Shown: positions 20,251-29,989 of the stretch, in pieces
How positions within the stretch are numbered: position 1 is the stretch's first letter
Layout of the letters: each line of letters begins with the position of its first letter
Assembly: GCA_027484315.1 (NCBI GenBank)
Contig: JAIXTE010000125.1
Coordinates: 3,683 to 67,682, forward strand
Length of the DNA: 64,000 nt
Source: Burkholderiales bacterium
GTDB taxonomy: Bacteria > Pseudomonadota > Gammaproteobacteria > Burkholderiales > Burkholderiaceae_B
Direction of reading: 5' to 3'
Notes under the pieces: model-generated
The model's input: only the letters and a program-made list of their open reading frames with translations
Database searches by the model: none
What the model was told of the DNA's origin: nothing
Position numbers and translations under genes: made by a program

Positions 20251-20630
20251 CATGGCGCATCAGTGTTGTGGTTTCTGTTGGCCAACACTTCTGAGGCTTT
20301 TGACATCAGCGCTTCCCATTGGTCTCGATACTTTTCAAGAGGGGGTCCGTTCTGGATGTCATAGAAACCTTGTATTAGATCGAGGAGCTCGGTTTCTTTT
20401 TCGGTTTCCCTTTCGGCCTTCAGACTTGAGCTGGTCACGATAGGCTGCGTGCAAGGCTCGTCGATGTCCGTTCTTCGACTCTGAAAAAAAGAGTTGATAT
20501 CGTCAAGCGTTTTCTCAAGTACGGATGGGTTTGGTTTTTCGATTTTCTTGGGCATTTTCGGATCCAAAAGGCATTTTAGGCGGTGGCCACATTTTTCTGC
20601 GGCACCCTCAAAGTCAGGAAAGAATCTCAA
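20250..20630 (-). CDS. Hypothetical protein
   Basis: 126-aa ORF downstream of 20614-21396; start uncertain. Confidence 0.45.
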   Translation of the reverse strand: MRFFPDFEGAAEKCGHRLKCLLDPKMPKKIEKPNPSVLEKTLDDINSFFQSRRTDIDEPCTQPIVTSSSLKAERETEKETELLDLIQGFYDIQNGPPLEKYRDQWEALMSKASEVLANRNHNTDAP

Positions 20631-21396
20631 TCACCAGTGGGCGCTCGGGTTGTTCAGTTTGAACTGTGCACGTCTGTCGGTTTTTAACGACCTTCAAGGT
20701 TGCAAACAACAGGTCGTACGCTGATATGAAAAACTCATATCTTTCGTGACATTCGGACCCGGTCCCCTCCGCATGCCAAATAATCGTGGAGTTGAGGAGT
20801 TCGGCCATCGATTCACCCTGGCCGTGGTTTTCGAACACTTCTTGTACCTGTGGGCGCCAATCGCCATCAAGGGTGTGTTGACACAGCACGCCGTTTATTC
20901 TGAAAGCAGTGGCATTCTCAATCGCGTCAACGAGCGTCCCCGTGGCTTTTTCGTAATCTTCCACGCTGGCCAGTGCAAACGAGCGTGTGTCGGTATCAAC
21001 GCTACCCATCTCATTTAGCTCTTTTACAACCTGGTAAGTCACCCCTTTGTGTGTGACGTACTCTTCAAAGGTCCCAAACACATCATCGTCGGGTTGCGCG
21101 GAACTCACCTCATGTATTTCCATGGTGTCGAGATTTACTACGCAGGGTGTCGAGACATGGTGACCAGAACTCCACACAGACACGTAGTTCCATCCGGAGG
21201 AATCCAGCTTGTCGGTTTTTGTTGTTTTGGGAGTCCTATCGTGAACTGCGCTCAAGGCTTCATAACTTCCCGCGCCTGAGACCTTCGAGAGGAATTTTAG
21301 GTAGTCCTGATAGCTTACCGGGCGATCCTGTTTTGGGCCTTTGTTTGCCTTTGACAGGGCGGAGGCGAGCTTCTTCAAATCGAATGTTACTTGCAT
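20614..21396 (-). CDS. Hypothetical protein with an N-terminal small helical domain (glyoxalase-superfamily-annotated type)
   Basis: GGAG RBS; LKKLASAL...SYQDYLKFLSKVSGAGSYEAL. Confidence 0.6.
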   Translation of the reverse strand: MQVTFDLKKLASALSKANKGPKQDRPVSYQDYLKFLSKVSGAGSYEALSAVHDRTPKTTKTDKLDSSGWNYVSVWSSGHHVSTPCVVNLDTMEIHEVSSAQPDDDVFGTFEEYVTHKGVTYQVVKELNEMGSVDTDTRSFALASVEDYEKATGTLVDAIENATAFRINGVLCQHTLDGDWRPQVQEVFENHGQGESMAELLNSTIIWHAEGTGSECHERYEFFISAYDLLFATLKVVKNRQTCTVQTEQPERPLVIEILS

Positions 21397-21689
21397 GATT
21401 GTGTTCTCCAGTTCAAACAGAGAAGGCGTTAGCCTAAGGAGTTCCGCGCATTACAACCGTTCTCTGTCTCATGGACAGCACAAGGAAGTGTTTTTTTTCA
21501 ACAAATCGATTGTTCTTACCCTTGCCGTTTCCGGTGCGCGGGGGAGGCGAACATCAGCCCAGCATTTAAGCTTCCATCTTGCGTTAGCAGCAAGTTTTTG
21601 TTGAATCATCCAAAAGGATGATTAATGATACCTCAATATTGGAAATAAAGCAATGCCCTGGTCTTGATCAAGCCGTATGATTCACAATC

Positions 21690-21992
21690 TCAAGATTCAC
21701 GCCGTCCCCACCACTCCTGTACAAACTGTCTCCCTTTGTCATCAGTTTCAATGCCCCGGACAAGAAAGATGTCGCCTGTAAATGTCAGGAGTTCAGGCGC
21801 CTGGAGAAGCCCGATTACATCGGATTCGCACGACATCTTCTTCGGCGCACTAAGGCGAAGATATTTGATTTGCCCCCCGGCGGGGTCAGGCATGAAGTAA
21901 ATGTCTATCTGCCCCAGCAGTCCTGGGTCGCGCCTGAGCGCCTCTCGATCATCCCTCAATCCGTGACGTCTCAGCTTAACAACCCTAAACAT
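21690..21992 (-). CDS. Small SOS-regulated hypothetical protein
   Basis: 100 aa ending LVRGIE...FVQEWW; LexA box immediately upstream. Confidence 0.7.
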   Translation of the reverse strand: MFRVVKLRRHGLRDDREALRRDPGLLGQIDIYFMPDPAGGQIKYLRLSAPKKMSCESDVIGLLQAPELLTFTGDIFLVRGIETDDKGRQFVQEWWGRRES

Positions 21993-22000
21993 GGCAAATA

Positions 22001-22016
22001 CTGTACAAATAAACAG
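22001..22016. promoter_or_regulatory. LexA (SOS) box
   Basis: CTGT-ACAAATAA-ACAG with flanking TA/TA, 8 bp upstream of the ATG at 21992. Confidence 0.8.
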
Positions 22017-22124
22017 TATTCTAACCCATGGGTGGAGATCAGTACAGGTCTTCGAAAATTAGGCTTCTGCCTGTTGGTTCTCAGGAAACTGGATTTGTTT
22101 GTAGTTCCACCTCGAAAATAGGAT

Positions 22125-22934
22125 ATGGACTTCAAGACATCAAAAAGGCTTGCGCCACCGAACATTGATCGCCCCCTGGGGCAGCGATTGGGCAGCCTTT
22201 TCTCTCAGCCATCCTTTAAAAGCTGGTTTGGCCAGAGCAGGGTAGTCGATGAGAACAGTAACCCCATGGTGGTGTTCCGCGGGACGCGCCGGGAGCCCCT
22301 GGTTAACAATGAGTTCTGCCTGCAGGCCGGGCGGGCCACTCCGTCCTTCACTGACGATCCCGTGTTGGCTAGTGTTTACACCAGGAAATCCCAGGTTCTC
22401 GGTCCCAAACAGTATGGAAATGGGTCGACAGTGACACCGGTTTTCCTTTCTATTCAGAACCCGTTGGATATCTCTGGTTTTGGTGAGCAAATTAGTTTGT
22501 ACGACCTGATCGACTCCATGGGGATCGATGTGGACGAGATGGATACCCCGGTGATCGCTAGTATTTACGCCTCTCTCTATGCGACAGCCGAAGATGTAGG
22601 CGCCGAATTTGATGACTTTATGGGGTCGCCAGCGGATTTCTTTCAGAAGTTCGACAAAAGAGATCCAATTAGCAAGTTCAAGACACTTAGAGCGATTGAA
22701 TTCGATTCCTATGTTGTTGCCGATAGCTTGCGTATGGTCGGGCATTTGGAACGCCTTGGATTTGACGGCGTATTCCACGCAGAAGTTACTGAGGGTGCGG
22801 CTCCTTACTACCACGGCCCCAGGAATAATCTAAGTCGGTCGGTTACCTTCAGGCCGTTTGCTCAAACTCAAATCAAGTCAGCGATTGGAAATAACGGTTG
22901 CTTTGATCCGAAAGACCCCCGCACAGATCGTTAG
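22125..22934 (+). CDS. ART-PolyVal-like ADP-ribosyltransferase
   Basis: FKSWFGQSRVVDENSNPMVVFRGT...FTDDP..ASVY...PVFLSIQNPL...GFDGV...FAQTQIKSAIGNNGCFDP. Confidence 0.7.
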   Translation: MDFKTSKRLAPPNIDRPLGQRLGSLFSQPSFKSWFGQSRVVDENSNPMVVFRGTRREPLVNNEFCLQAGRATPSFTDDPVLASVYTRKSQVLGPKQYGNGSTVTPVFLSIQNPLDISGFGEQISLYDLIDSMGIDVDEMDTPVIASIYASLYATAEDVGAEFDDFMGSPADFFQKFDKRDPISKFKTLRAIEFDSYVVADSLRMVGHLERLGFDGVFHAEVTEGAAPYYHGPRNNLSRSVTFRPFAQTQIKSAIGNNGCFDPKDPRTDR

Positions 22935-23051
22935 GCAGAACCGCATCTTCCCCCGGAAAGTCTTCGCTCCATGGTATAAATATCGATTTTAAGCTATTGA
23001 CTTATATCGGTTTTATGGAAAAATACAAAAAACAACCACAGTTTCCATAAA

Positions 23052-24092
23052 ATGACATTCTCGCTTCTCGACCCGGCACAACTAAAGGCTCTAATAGACT
23101 CAAAAAGTTTGTTCTCAAGTCATAGACAGGCCGCCATGGATTTGGTATCAGCACGGGGTTCCCTTTATTGGCGCAGGATCTCTGGTCATGAATACCTGGT
23201 CAAGGAAATCAGTGGCTTTCCCGGCAAGTCGCTTGGCCGGAGATCCCCAGAAACAGAATCTCTTAAAGTTGCGTTCGAAAACAAAAAGGTGGAGATCAAG
23301 GAGAGGGAGCAAAGCCTCAAATTTGCTTTAGATCGCCAGCAAAAAATAAACCGAGTGCTCGGAGTAGGGCAGTGCCCACCAACCTTGGTCAAGCTGTGCA
23401 ATGCACTAGACAAATCTGGTCTTTTTAACCGTTTTATGGTGATCGGTACCAACGCCATGTACGGCTACGAGTCTCTTGCTGGGATTAAATTCCAGGATGA
23501 TCTCCTTGCTACTCTGGATGTCGATTTGCTGTGGGACTCCAGAAACAAAATTGAGCTGCTCGATTTGTTTAAGGGGGGCCCCGGCACTGAGAGTCCGAAA
23601 GGTTTTCTTGATTTTTTGAGAAAGGTGGACCCGAGCTATAAGCTGGATTCCGAGGTAGACCATAGAGCCGTCAACAAGGATGGTTTCATGGTTGACCTGG
23701 TCAGGCCCCGAGCTAAAAGTTTTGCTGACGAAGAAATCGATAAAACTCCACCGCAAGCCGATTTTTCTGCTGCGAAGATATTCGACATGCACTGGTTGTT
23801 AAGCGCTCCGTCGTTGGAAACATATTGCGTCTCAAGCTCTGGACGCGTTGCTAGAATGCGTTGTGTTGATCCTCGCGCATTTGCTCTTCACAAAAACTGG
23901 ATCTCAGGCCAAGAGGACCGGGACCCCTCAAAAAAGCGAAGGGATTACCTCCAAGCAAAATCGGTCGCTGAACTCATTACGGATCTTCTTCCACAATACC
24001 AGGACGACGAAGAAGATTTTGCCTTCATGCCCTCTTTCCCAGAGAAGGTCAAAGCAAGGGCCCGGAAAGCAGGGGTGAAGTTCGTCGCCTAG
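23052..24092 (+). CDS. Nucleotidyltransferase-fold protein (GSU2403-like)
   Basis: VIGTNAMYGYE, ATLDVDLLWD, DPRAFALHK.W, KKRRDYLQA. Confidence 0.7.
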   Translation: MTFSLLDPAQLKALIDSKSLFSSHRQAAMDLVSARGSLYWRRISGHEYLVKEISGFPGKSLGRRSPETESLKVAFENKKVEIKEREQSLKFALDRQQKINRVLGVGQCPPTLVKLCNALDKSGLFNRFMVIGTNAMYGYESLAGIKFQDDLLATLDVDLLWDSRNKIELLDLFKGGPGTESPKGFLDFLRKVDPSYKLDSEVDHRAVNKDGFMVDLVRPRAKSFADEEIDKTPPQADFSAAKIFDMHWLLSAPSLETYCVSSSGRVARMRCVDPRAFALHKNWISGQEDRDPSKKRRDYLQAKSVAELITDLLPQYQDDEEDFAFMPSFPEKVKARARKAGVKFVA

Positions 24093-24231
24093 TGGCCTCC
24101 GTATTCAATTAGGGGCAGATCAACGTCACATTGTTGGAATCCATACAGACCATGGGGTAAGGTTGCCATAGTAAACAATGACTTTATTTGCGAGTTGTGT
24201 TATGATTGTAAAAAATCCCAGGAGAGCTTAA

Positions 24232-24807
24232 TTGGAAAATGTTGTAATCAACAATGAGAGCCCAGCGAGTACAAGTAACGATACACCTCGCTTTACTCCA
24301 GAGAGTTTGATGAAACTGGCCCAAGAGCTTGACCAGATTCACAAGAACCTGGTCGTGGAGCACCCAATGGGCACGCATAGCAACGAAAGATATGATGTCC
24401 ACAACAAAATAGAAAAAGCGCTCGAATGCGCGACCTGGATGGAAAGTCAAAAAATTGAGAGCGCCAGATTTGTTGGCCCATTTGGAAGTGTTCCGTTCAA
24501 AAAAGGCATGAGCGTAAAGATATTGCCGGGAGCCACAATTAAGAGCACTGCTCCCAACTGGCCTAAAGAAGGCAAGGTGTTGAAGCGAGGATACATCGTC
24601 TCTGTGCATCGAGTAAGCCAAGGATACATCCTTGAGCCAGGCTACAGGCGCGACGGAGTGAGTGTTGTCAACCCGGAAGTGTATTGGGCGGGAAGTGGCG
24701 GATATTGGCGGTGGGTAGATGCCAATTACGTCGAAACAGTAGGTTCCGATTCGTCAACTGCAGGGGAGTCAGTAACAAGCCGCTCTGAAACCAAGGTGCA
24801 GGTATGA
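24232..24807 (+). CDS. Hypothetical protein
   Basis: GGAG RBS with TTG start; YWAGSGGYWRWVD motif; first gene of a 3-gene run. Confidence 0.6.
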   Translation: MENVVINNESPASTSNDTPRFTPESLMKLAQELDQIHKNLVVEHPMGTHSNERYDVHNKIEKALECATWMESQKIESARFVGPFGSVPFKKGMSVKILPGATIKSTAPNWPKEGKVLKRGYIVSVHRVSQGYILEPGYRRDGVSVVNPEVYWAGSGGYWRWVDANYVETVGSDSSTAGESVTSRSETKVQV

Positions 24808-25193
24808 GGGGCTCCCTAGAGGTAAAGAAAGTTACCGGCGCACACACAATCTATCCTGGTCATCCGCTTGTGTTGGCATGGGAAATCATGTCCACCCGGC
24901 AAACATTGGATATCAGATCCCATTCCTCTCTGCTCCATGACAACGATATCTCCGGCGGAAGGGGAGAAGTTATTCAATCCTGGAAATTCCTTAAAAGCGT
25001 GTTGGAGGGAGCGGATATCATTCCAGCTATCGAGCTTGCTGAAAAGAATTGGGTTCAGTCAAAAGCTGGGGGTCACGCAGAGAGTTTTGTTCCCGGCCAA
25101 GCGCAGGCAGATATCATCAAGGAACATCTGGCGCAGAAATTTGAAGAGTGGGCGCCTGGGGCAACTAAACTCTATCCAAACACAGTTGTATAG
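24804..25193 (+). CDS. Hypothetical protein
   Basis: ATGA overlap with the upstream gene. Confidence 0.6.
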   Translation: MRGSLEVKKVTGAHTIYPGHPLVLAWEIMSTRQTLDIRSHSSLLHDNDISGGRGEVIQSWKFLKSVLEGADIIPAIELAEKNWVQSKAGGHAESFVPGQAQADIIKEHLAQKFEEWAPGATKLYPNTVV

Positions 25194-25207
25194 CCGGGGG
25201 CAATAAT

Positions 25208-25519
25208 ATGGCGTATCAGTTTTTCGTTAACATGCAAAAGCGCTCCGACGGAAAGGTGTATTCAGACCTTCAGAAGACCGATGAGCGGATCTACTTTTTT
25301 TTGGAAGATGCTCAGAAGGCCATTGAAAGTGATCCGTCGGTTGCTGAACATCGACACGTCGTTCCAATGGTGGCGACAACTTTAGACGATTGGGAGGCGC
25401 AAGCGGCCTTTGAGAAATCCTTCTGTGATCTCTTAGAGCGGGTTTCCAAGGGGGCAATTTCTAAGATAGCCGCCTTTAATCTGGTTGTCGAAGGTTGGAA
25501 CAAACTTCACGAACGGTGA
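25208..25519 (+). CDS. Hypothetical protein
   Basis: 103 aa, operonic spacing. Confidence 0.55.
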   Translation: MAYQFFVNMQKRSDGKVYSDLQKTDERIYFFLEDAQKAIESDPSVAEHRHVVPMVATTLDDWEAQAAFEKSFCDLLERVSKGAISKIAAFNLVVEGWNKLHER

Positions 25520-25856
25520 TTGCATGGTAATTAAGAGGACAGGTTTCGCCGAGCTTGATATTGGCGGAAAGTCTAAACACCACGTCAGCGCGCTGTGCAA
25601 TGCGGGTGAAATAAGTTAGCGTTCTCTCTCTCCAATCCCAATCACGGAGGGACTCCTCAAGACATACCGTGTCGTTCTGGGTGAGCTATTTTTCTTTCTG
25701 AGATTTCTCTTCATTCAGCATTGTGGGTACGCGAAAGGACTTCTTAGGCATCTCGATTCTGTTGCTGCCGCTGGCCTCAAGATCCCTGAGAATCAAGTAC
25801 TCGACTGCACTTGGCATTTTTCGTGTCCTATTCAAGAAGCATCTTTAAGTTCTTAA

Positions 25857-26189
25857 TTAAAACGAGGGACTGGGCTTTTTTTCCATAAAGAAGAGCCTGT
25901 GATCAAAGGCGTCTTCATCAATTGTTACTCCCCATCGCAGTGAGGCTTCTGTTCGAAACGTGGCCCACTCTTTCGCAGTGACTCGGCCATGCGTACAAAG
26001 ATCGCACTGAGGTGCGCCGTTGAGCTGCTCCGTGACGCTGGAGTGGATGTCGATCCCCATCCTGCCAAATCGTCCGACCGTGCTTCCGTCGCTTGCATGT
26101 ACCCAGACGGCGTCACGCGAGTCGGATATCTGAATCAAATAGTGCAAAGGTGTCTTATCAATGCCGGTGGTGGTTTTCATTAAGTTCAT
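25857..26189 (-). CDS. Hypothetical protein
   Basis: VWVHASDGSTVGRFGRMGIDIH...CDLCTHG; ends KKPSPSF. Confidence 0.6.
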   Translation of the reverse strand: MNLMKTTTGIDKTPLHYLIQISDSRDAVWVHASDGSTVGRFGRMGIDIHSSVTEQLNGAPQCDLCTHGRVTAKEWATFRTEASLRWGVTIDEDAFDHRLFFMEKKPSPSF

Positions 26190-26531
26190 TGCCTTTTCAT
26201 TAATAATATGATATCATTGTTTATAGCATCAGTTGATAGTTTTCCCGGACGAGCCGGTAAGAGTTGAGGCGGTTTGTTTCAGATTTTTATATAGTCACAA
26301 ACCGGGCCGAGCGAGATTGCATTTGGTGTTTTTTTTTAACCCAGGTTTTTACAAATTTGCACTGCAGTAGGGTTGTAAAATAAAGTAACATAAAAATAGG
26401 GCCTCTGGCAGGCATGGTTGGGCTCGAACCGGTTGATACTTTCTCCCGGCCAAGGTTTCCAAGGAAACCCAAATTGCAGTGATTTAATGTTTTACGTGGT
26501 AAAGAAACCAATTTTCCAAGAGAGGCGTGTA

Positions 26532-28457
26532 ATGAAGAAAAAACTACTTGGGGTTCTGATTGGCCTTAGTCTGGCATCATCGGTTCCTGTAATGGCCAAA
26601 TCAGTCCCGGTAGATATCGGCAGGATGCAGGCACAGTCTTTCAATGCCCAGGGCGAGAGGCAGTATGACGGCCGCCTGTTCTTGGAATTTGCAAAACCCG
26701 CCTCTAGTTTTGCGCCTGGTGAGGCAGTTGATCTGGTTGCTTCCCTTAGCAAGGAAGCCGGGGTGATGCTCAGCTTCGAGAAAGTGATGATGAAGCGCTT
26801 TGTGGTGGTTCGGGTAAGCAACGCCCGAAGCGACCTGGATGTTGTTTCTGCCGTTTCCCGAATCGCTTCGGAAAAGGGCGTCTTGTCTGTCAAGCCGAAC
26901 AGCTATGTGAAAACACAATCTGCGACAAGTTTTGTGAACCCAGGCTGGTCCTCGCAATTTGGCTTTTATTCGCGTACATCGGATCTTAGCGAGAAACCGT
27001 TTGGTTACAACCCACGCTTGCTGGAGTTGATTGATTTTTTCGACGGGTTCAATTTCGGTGACAAGCGTTTATCGCTTGTTGACTCCTTTTTTGAGGATGT
27101 TCCAAACATGCCTCACAGTGCGTATGTGCAAAAGCAAACAATCCTGGATGGCGTTTACAGCTCCGATTTGATTGGCCGCGGCACACAAATTGCACACGGT
27201 TTGAACATGGCGGCTTATCTTGGGGGAAAGGAAAACGCGACGTACGGCACGGTAGGTCTGGGTTATGCCACTTTGCCCTTGCTGGCTGTCGCGGTGTTTG
27301 ACCCGCGTACCAATACAGCAACGGACCTCGATGTTGCAGAGGGCATGCTGTACTCAATGAACATGCACTCAACGGCCGACACAAACCCGAACCCAAACCC
27401 AGCGACGGTTATTAACCTATCGCTCGGTAGTTTCGGTAGCACGTGCTCAGACAGTGCGGTGTATCAAGCTGCCATCGACATGATTACCAATGCGGGAGGT
27501 CTTGTTGTAGCTGCGGCGGGGAACCTCGGCCGAGTTGGTTTGAATATACCAGCGAACTGCGAGAACGTCATCGCGGTTGGCGCGGCCGGTTATAGCGGAC
27601 ACCTGGCAAGCTTTTCAAACCGCAGCCCCGACCTCACTGTTTCCGCCATCAGTACAACCAGCACGGGCGACGTCAATGGCTTTCTCTACACCACGGATGT
27701 GGAGTCCGCAGCCTCACAAGGCATTGCAACAGTTTCCGGCACCTCTATTGCTGCTCCATACATCTCGTTGCTTCTTACTTATGCGAAAGCCGTAAACCCT
27801 TCCATGACATTTGCTCAGGCCGAGGCGCTTCTGAAACGAAACAGCATCCCGTTCAACGAACAGGATTCGCGGTGTGCAGGGCTTGATTCATGCGGTGGCA
27901 TTATTGATCCAGTGGCGTTTGTACAAGAAGTAAGCAATGTGGATTTGCTTACCTTCAATGCCTACACTTCCACCACGTCAACGCCACCTGATGGCGGCGG
28001 TGATACAGGGGGAGGCGGTCCTAACGAGCCTACCTTTGATCCTGTGACAGTGAGCATCGCCGGCACAGCCTCGAACCCGACAGATGTTCAAGTGTTCGTC
28101 GCAGGACAGCCAGTGACAATCACCAGCATTACAACCACAGAGAACTCAATCACTCTGGACTTTGATGCTGCAAATGTTTATGAGATTCGTTTCATGGGCA
28201 CGCCAAACACCAACACAAATAGTGTTTCGCCAAGCTCCACAGCCCAGTACAGCTTCACGGTCAACACGACTGTAACACCGGTAACGGTAAGCTCAGTTGA
28301 GCGACTGACCGCTCCCGGCGCTGGACCCGCTCCGGCGCCGGTAGCAAGCGGTGGCGGTGGCGGTGGTGGTGGTTCAATGAACATCGCTGGTCTGCTAGGC
28401 ATGGCGGGGTTGTTCGGACTTTTCCACCGCCGAAAAAAATCGACGACAAAGCGCTAA
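26532..28457 (+). CDS. S8 subtilisin-like serine peptidase with GlyGly-CTERM sorting signal
   Basis: Signal peptide; catalytic D (LVDS), H (HGLNMA), oxyanion AAAGN, S (SGTSIAAP); C-terminal SGGGGGGGGSM-TM-RRKK. Confidence 0.85.
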   Translation: MKKKLLGVLIGLSLASSVPVMAKSVPVDIGRMQAQSFNAQGERQYDGRLFLEFAKPASSFAPGEAVDLVASLSKEAGVMLSFEKVMMKRFVVVRVSNARSDLDVVSAVSRIASEKGVLSVKPNSYVKTQSATSFVNPGWSSQFGFYSRTSDLSEKPFGYNPRLLELIDFFDGFNFGDKRLSLVDSFFEDVPNMPHSAYVQKQTILDGVYSSDLIGRGTQIAHGLNMAAYLGGKENATYGTVGLGYATLPLLAVAVFDPRTNTATDLDVAEGMLYSMNMHSTADTNPNPNPATVINLSLGSFGSTCSDSAVYQAAIDMITNAGGLVVAAAGNLGRVGLNIPANCENVIAVGAAGYSGHLASFSNRSPDLTVSAISTTSTGDVNGFLYTTDVESAASQGIATVSGTSIAAPYISLLLTYAKAVNPSMTFAQAEALLKRNSIPFNEQDSRCAGLDSCGGIIDPVAFVQEVSNVDLLTFNAYTSTTSTPPDGGGDTGGGGPNEPTFDPVTVSIAGTASNPTDVQVFVAGQPVTITSITTTENSITLDFDAANVYEIRFMGTPNTNTNSVSPSSTAQYSFTVNTTVTPVTVSSVERLTAPGAGPAPAPVASGGGGGGGGSMNIAGLLGMAGLFGLFHRRKKSTTKR

Positions 28458-28482
28458 ATAATGGTCGTCCGGTTAAGTAGGT

Positions 28483-28517
28483 AAAAGAGGGGCAGAGAAG
28501 AGATTCCTGCCCCTTTT
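28483..28517. terminator. Rho-independent terminator
   Basis: AGGGGCAG...CTGCCCCT-TTT hairpin between convergent genes. Confidence 0.6.
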
Positions 28518-28585
28518 CAATTGTCCCCCACGGTTTTTAATCGTCCCTAGTGGGCTTGAGCGATAGATTTCCACAGCTTGACTGG

Positions 28586-29137
28586 CTATAGTTGCAATGC
28601 TTTGGGTTTGGTAAACAGTTGAAGGTTGGCAACTTTTTTCGTTTCTGCGCTAAATCCTTCCAGCACGATTCTTTTTTCCATCCAATCGACAGTCAGATCA
28701 TAGTCTGCATCCAGAACAAACCCTAGCTTTTCGGCGACAGCTCGGCTTCCTTTATTTTCTCTTTCAACCTGGATGGTCATGGTTGATATGTCCGGGTAAT
28801 TCGATCTTAAGTAGGTGGCCATATTGACAACCATCTGCCGTGCAACTCCCCGGCCTTGCATGGATTCATCGGTGATGTACCACAGGGATGCGGAGGTCTC
28901 ATTTTTATAGTATTTCTGGTCGGTGCTTAGGCCGCACATTCCAACGATCTTCTCGCCTAGTAGGGCGAACAGCACATCTTTACCTTCGTTGCTACTCCAT
29001 TCCCCTGCACTTTGGTCCCCTGTCACAGGAGACAGTCCACATTTTTCAAATTGGGCAACATTGTGTTTGTAGAAAGAAAGAAAGTCATCACTCTCCACTT
29101 CAGTACTGTTTCTATACAGAAGATTCAGTTTTTTCAT
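28586..29137 (-). CDS. GNAT-family (RimJ/RimL-like) N-acetyltransferase
   Basis: MQGRGVA acetyl-CoA motif, ENKGSRAVAEKLGF. Confidence 0.8.
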   Translation of the reverse strand: MKKLNLLYRNSTEVESDDFLSFYKHNVAQFEKCGLSPVTGDQSAGEWSSNEGKDVLFALLGEKIVGMCGLSTDQKYYKNETSASLWYITDESMQGRGVARQMVVNMATYLRSNYPDISTMTIQVERENKGSRAVAEKLGFVLDADYDLTVDWMEKRIVLEGFSAETKKVANLQLFTKPKALQL

Positions 29138-29352
29138 TCGTACATTGTTTGGGTTGTTGGAGTTGGACTGCTACGTTTTCAGTATCCGGATCATTTGTAA
29201 GACGAGTCAATATAAATGACGTACGCCTCGGCAGAAATAAAGGGCGGCTCTAACAATAAACGGGCTCGAATCTAACTGCATTTTTGGCAACCAAACCATG
29301 ATAGGTTTGCTCCAGACATCTCTATAATTCAAATCATTCAGGAGGATGTTAA

Positions 29353-29715
29353 ATGAGCAGGCATACCGTCAATTTAGTGAAGGGCAAGAAGGAATTTAAC
29401 CTGGTTGTCGGGCTTGACCCGGTTCTTGGTCAGAGCTTTTATTCTCTAAGCGACAACAAGGGTACGTTGCTGGGAAACAGCGTAAGTGGGGAAAGCTTGC
29501 AGCAAGCCCTGGCTAAACAAAAGATTGATCTCCGATCAGTAAACGGCTTTCTAAATTCTGCGATTGCGGGTATCGAAGCCGAGGAGTTCCAGCGGGATCT
29601 CAAAAAGATGGGGGAGGATCTCCCTGAGGATCTCCCAGAAATTGACCTTAATCGTGTGGTCGAATACCCTCTAATCCAAATAGCGGAAACAAAACCTAGC
29701 TCCCCTAAAATGTGA
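29353..29715 (+). CDS. Hypothetical protein
   Basis: AGGAGG RBS; ends KPSSPKM. Confidence 0.65.
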   Translation: MSRHTVNLVKGKKEFNLVVGLDPVLGQSFYSLSDNKGTLLGNSVSGESLQQALAKQKIDLRSVNGFLNSAIAGIEAEEFQRDLKKMGEDLPEDLPEIDLNRVVEYPLIQIAETKPSSPKM

Positions 29716-29989
29716 GGTAAGAGGGCGCCTTCACACCTTATCTCTCACCGAGCTAACGCACAGTGGGATTAAAGTCTTACAGCCGGGCCTGTTGATAAAA
29801 TCACGCCGTTGTGCTACCATTAAAAAATGGTGAAAAGCAAAAAGCACCTCACCTGCGGTGGCGCCGCGCCCTTGGTTCCATGGTATCAGCCGAGAAATCC
29901 TCTTTCACTATTTGCCATATTCAATCGGCCGATATTGCAAGCAACAAACCAAGACCTCGCGACCTATGGCGGCCCATGGAGAAAAGCAA

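Noticed and set aside
22140-22814. 224-aa antisense ORF and similar long shadow ORFs (729-1214, 46889-47446, 61396-61839)
   Set aside because: They fully overlap better-supported genes and have no motifs.
25586-25817. Minus-strand MPSAVEYLILRD... frame interrupted by TAG
   Set aside because: Could be a decayed gene, but there is no recognisable homology to support a pseudogene or readthrough call.
28350-28373. GGY trinucleotide run
   Set aside because: It encodes the poly-Gly of the GlyGly-CTERM signal with mixed codons; not a contingency repeat.
29613-29640. GAGGATCTCCC tandem repeat
   Set aside because: Two copies encoding EDLPEDLPE; a simple coding microduplication.
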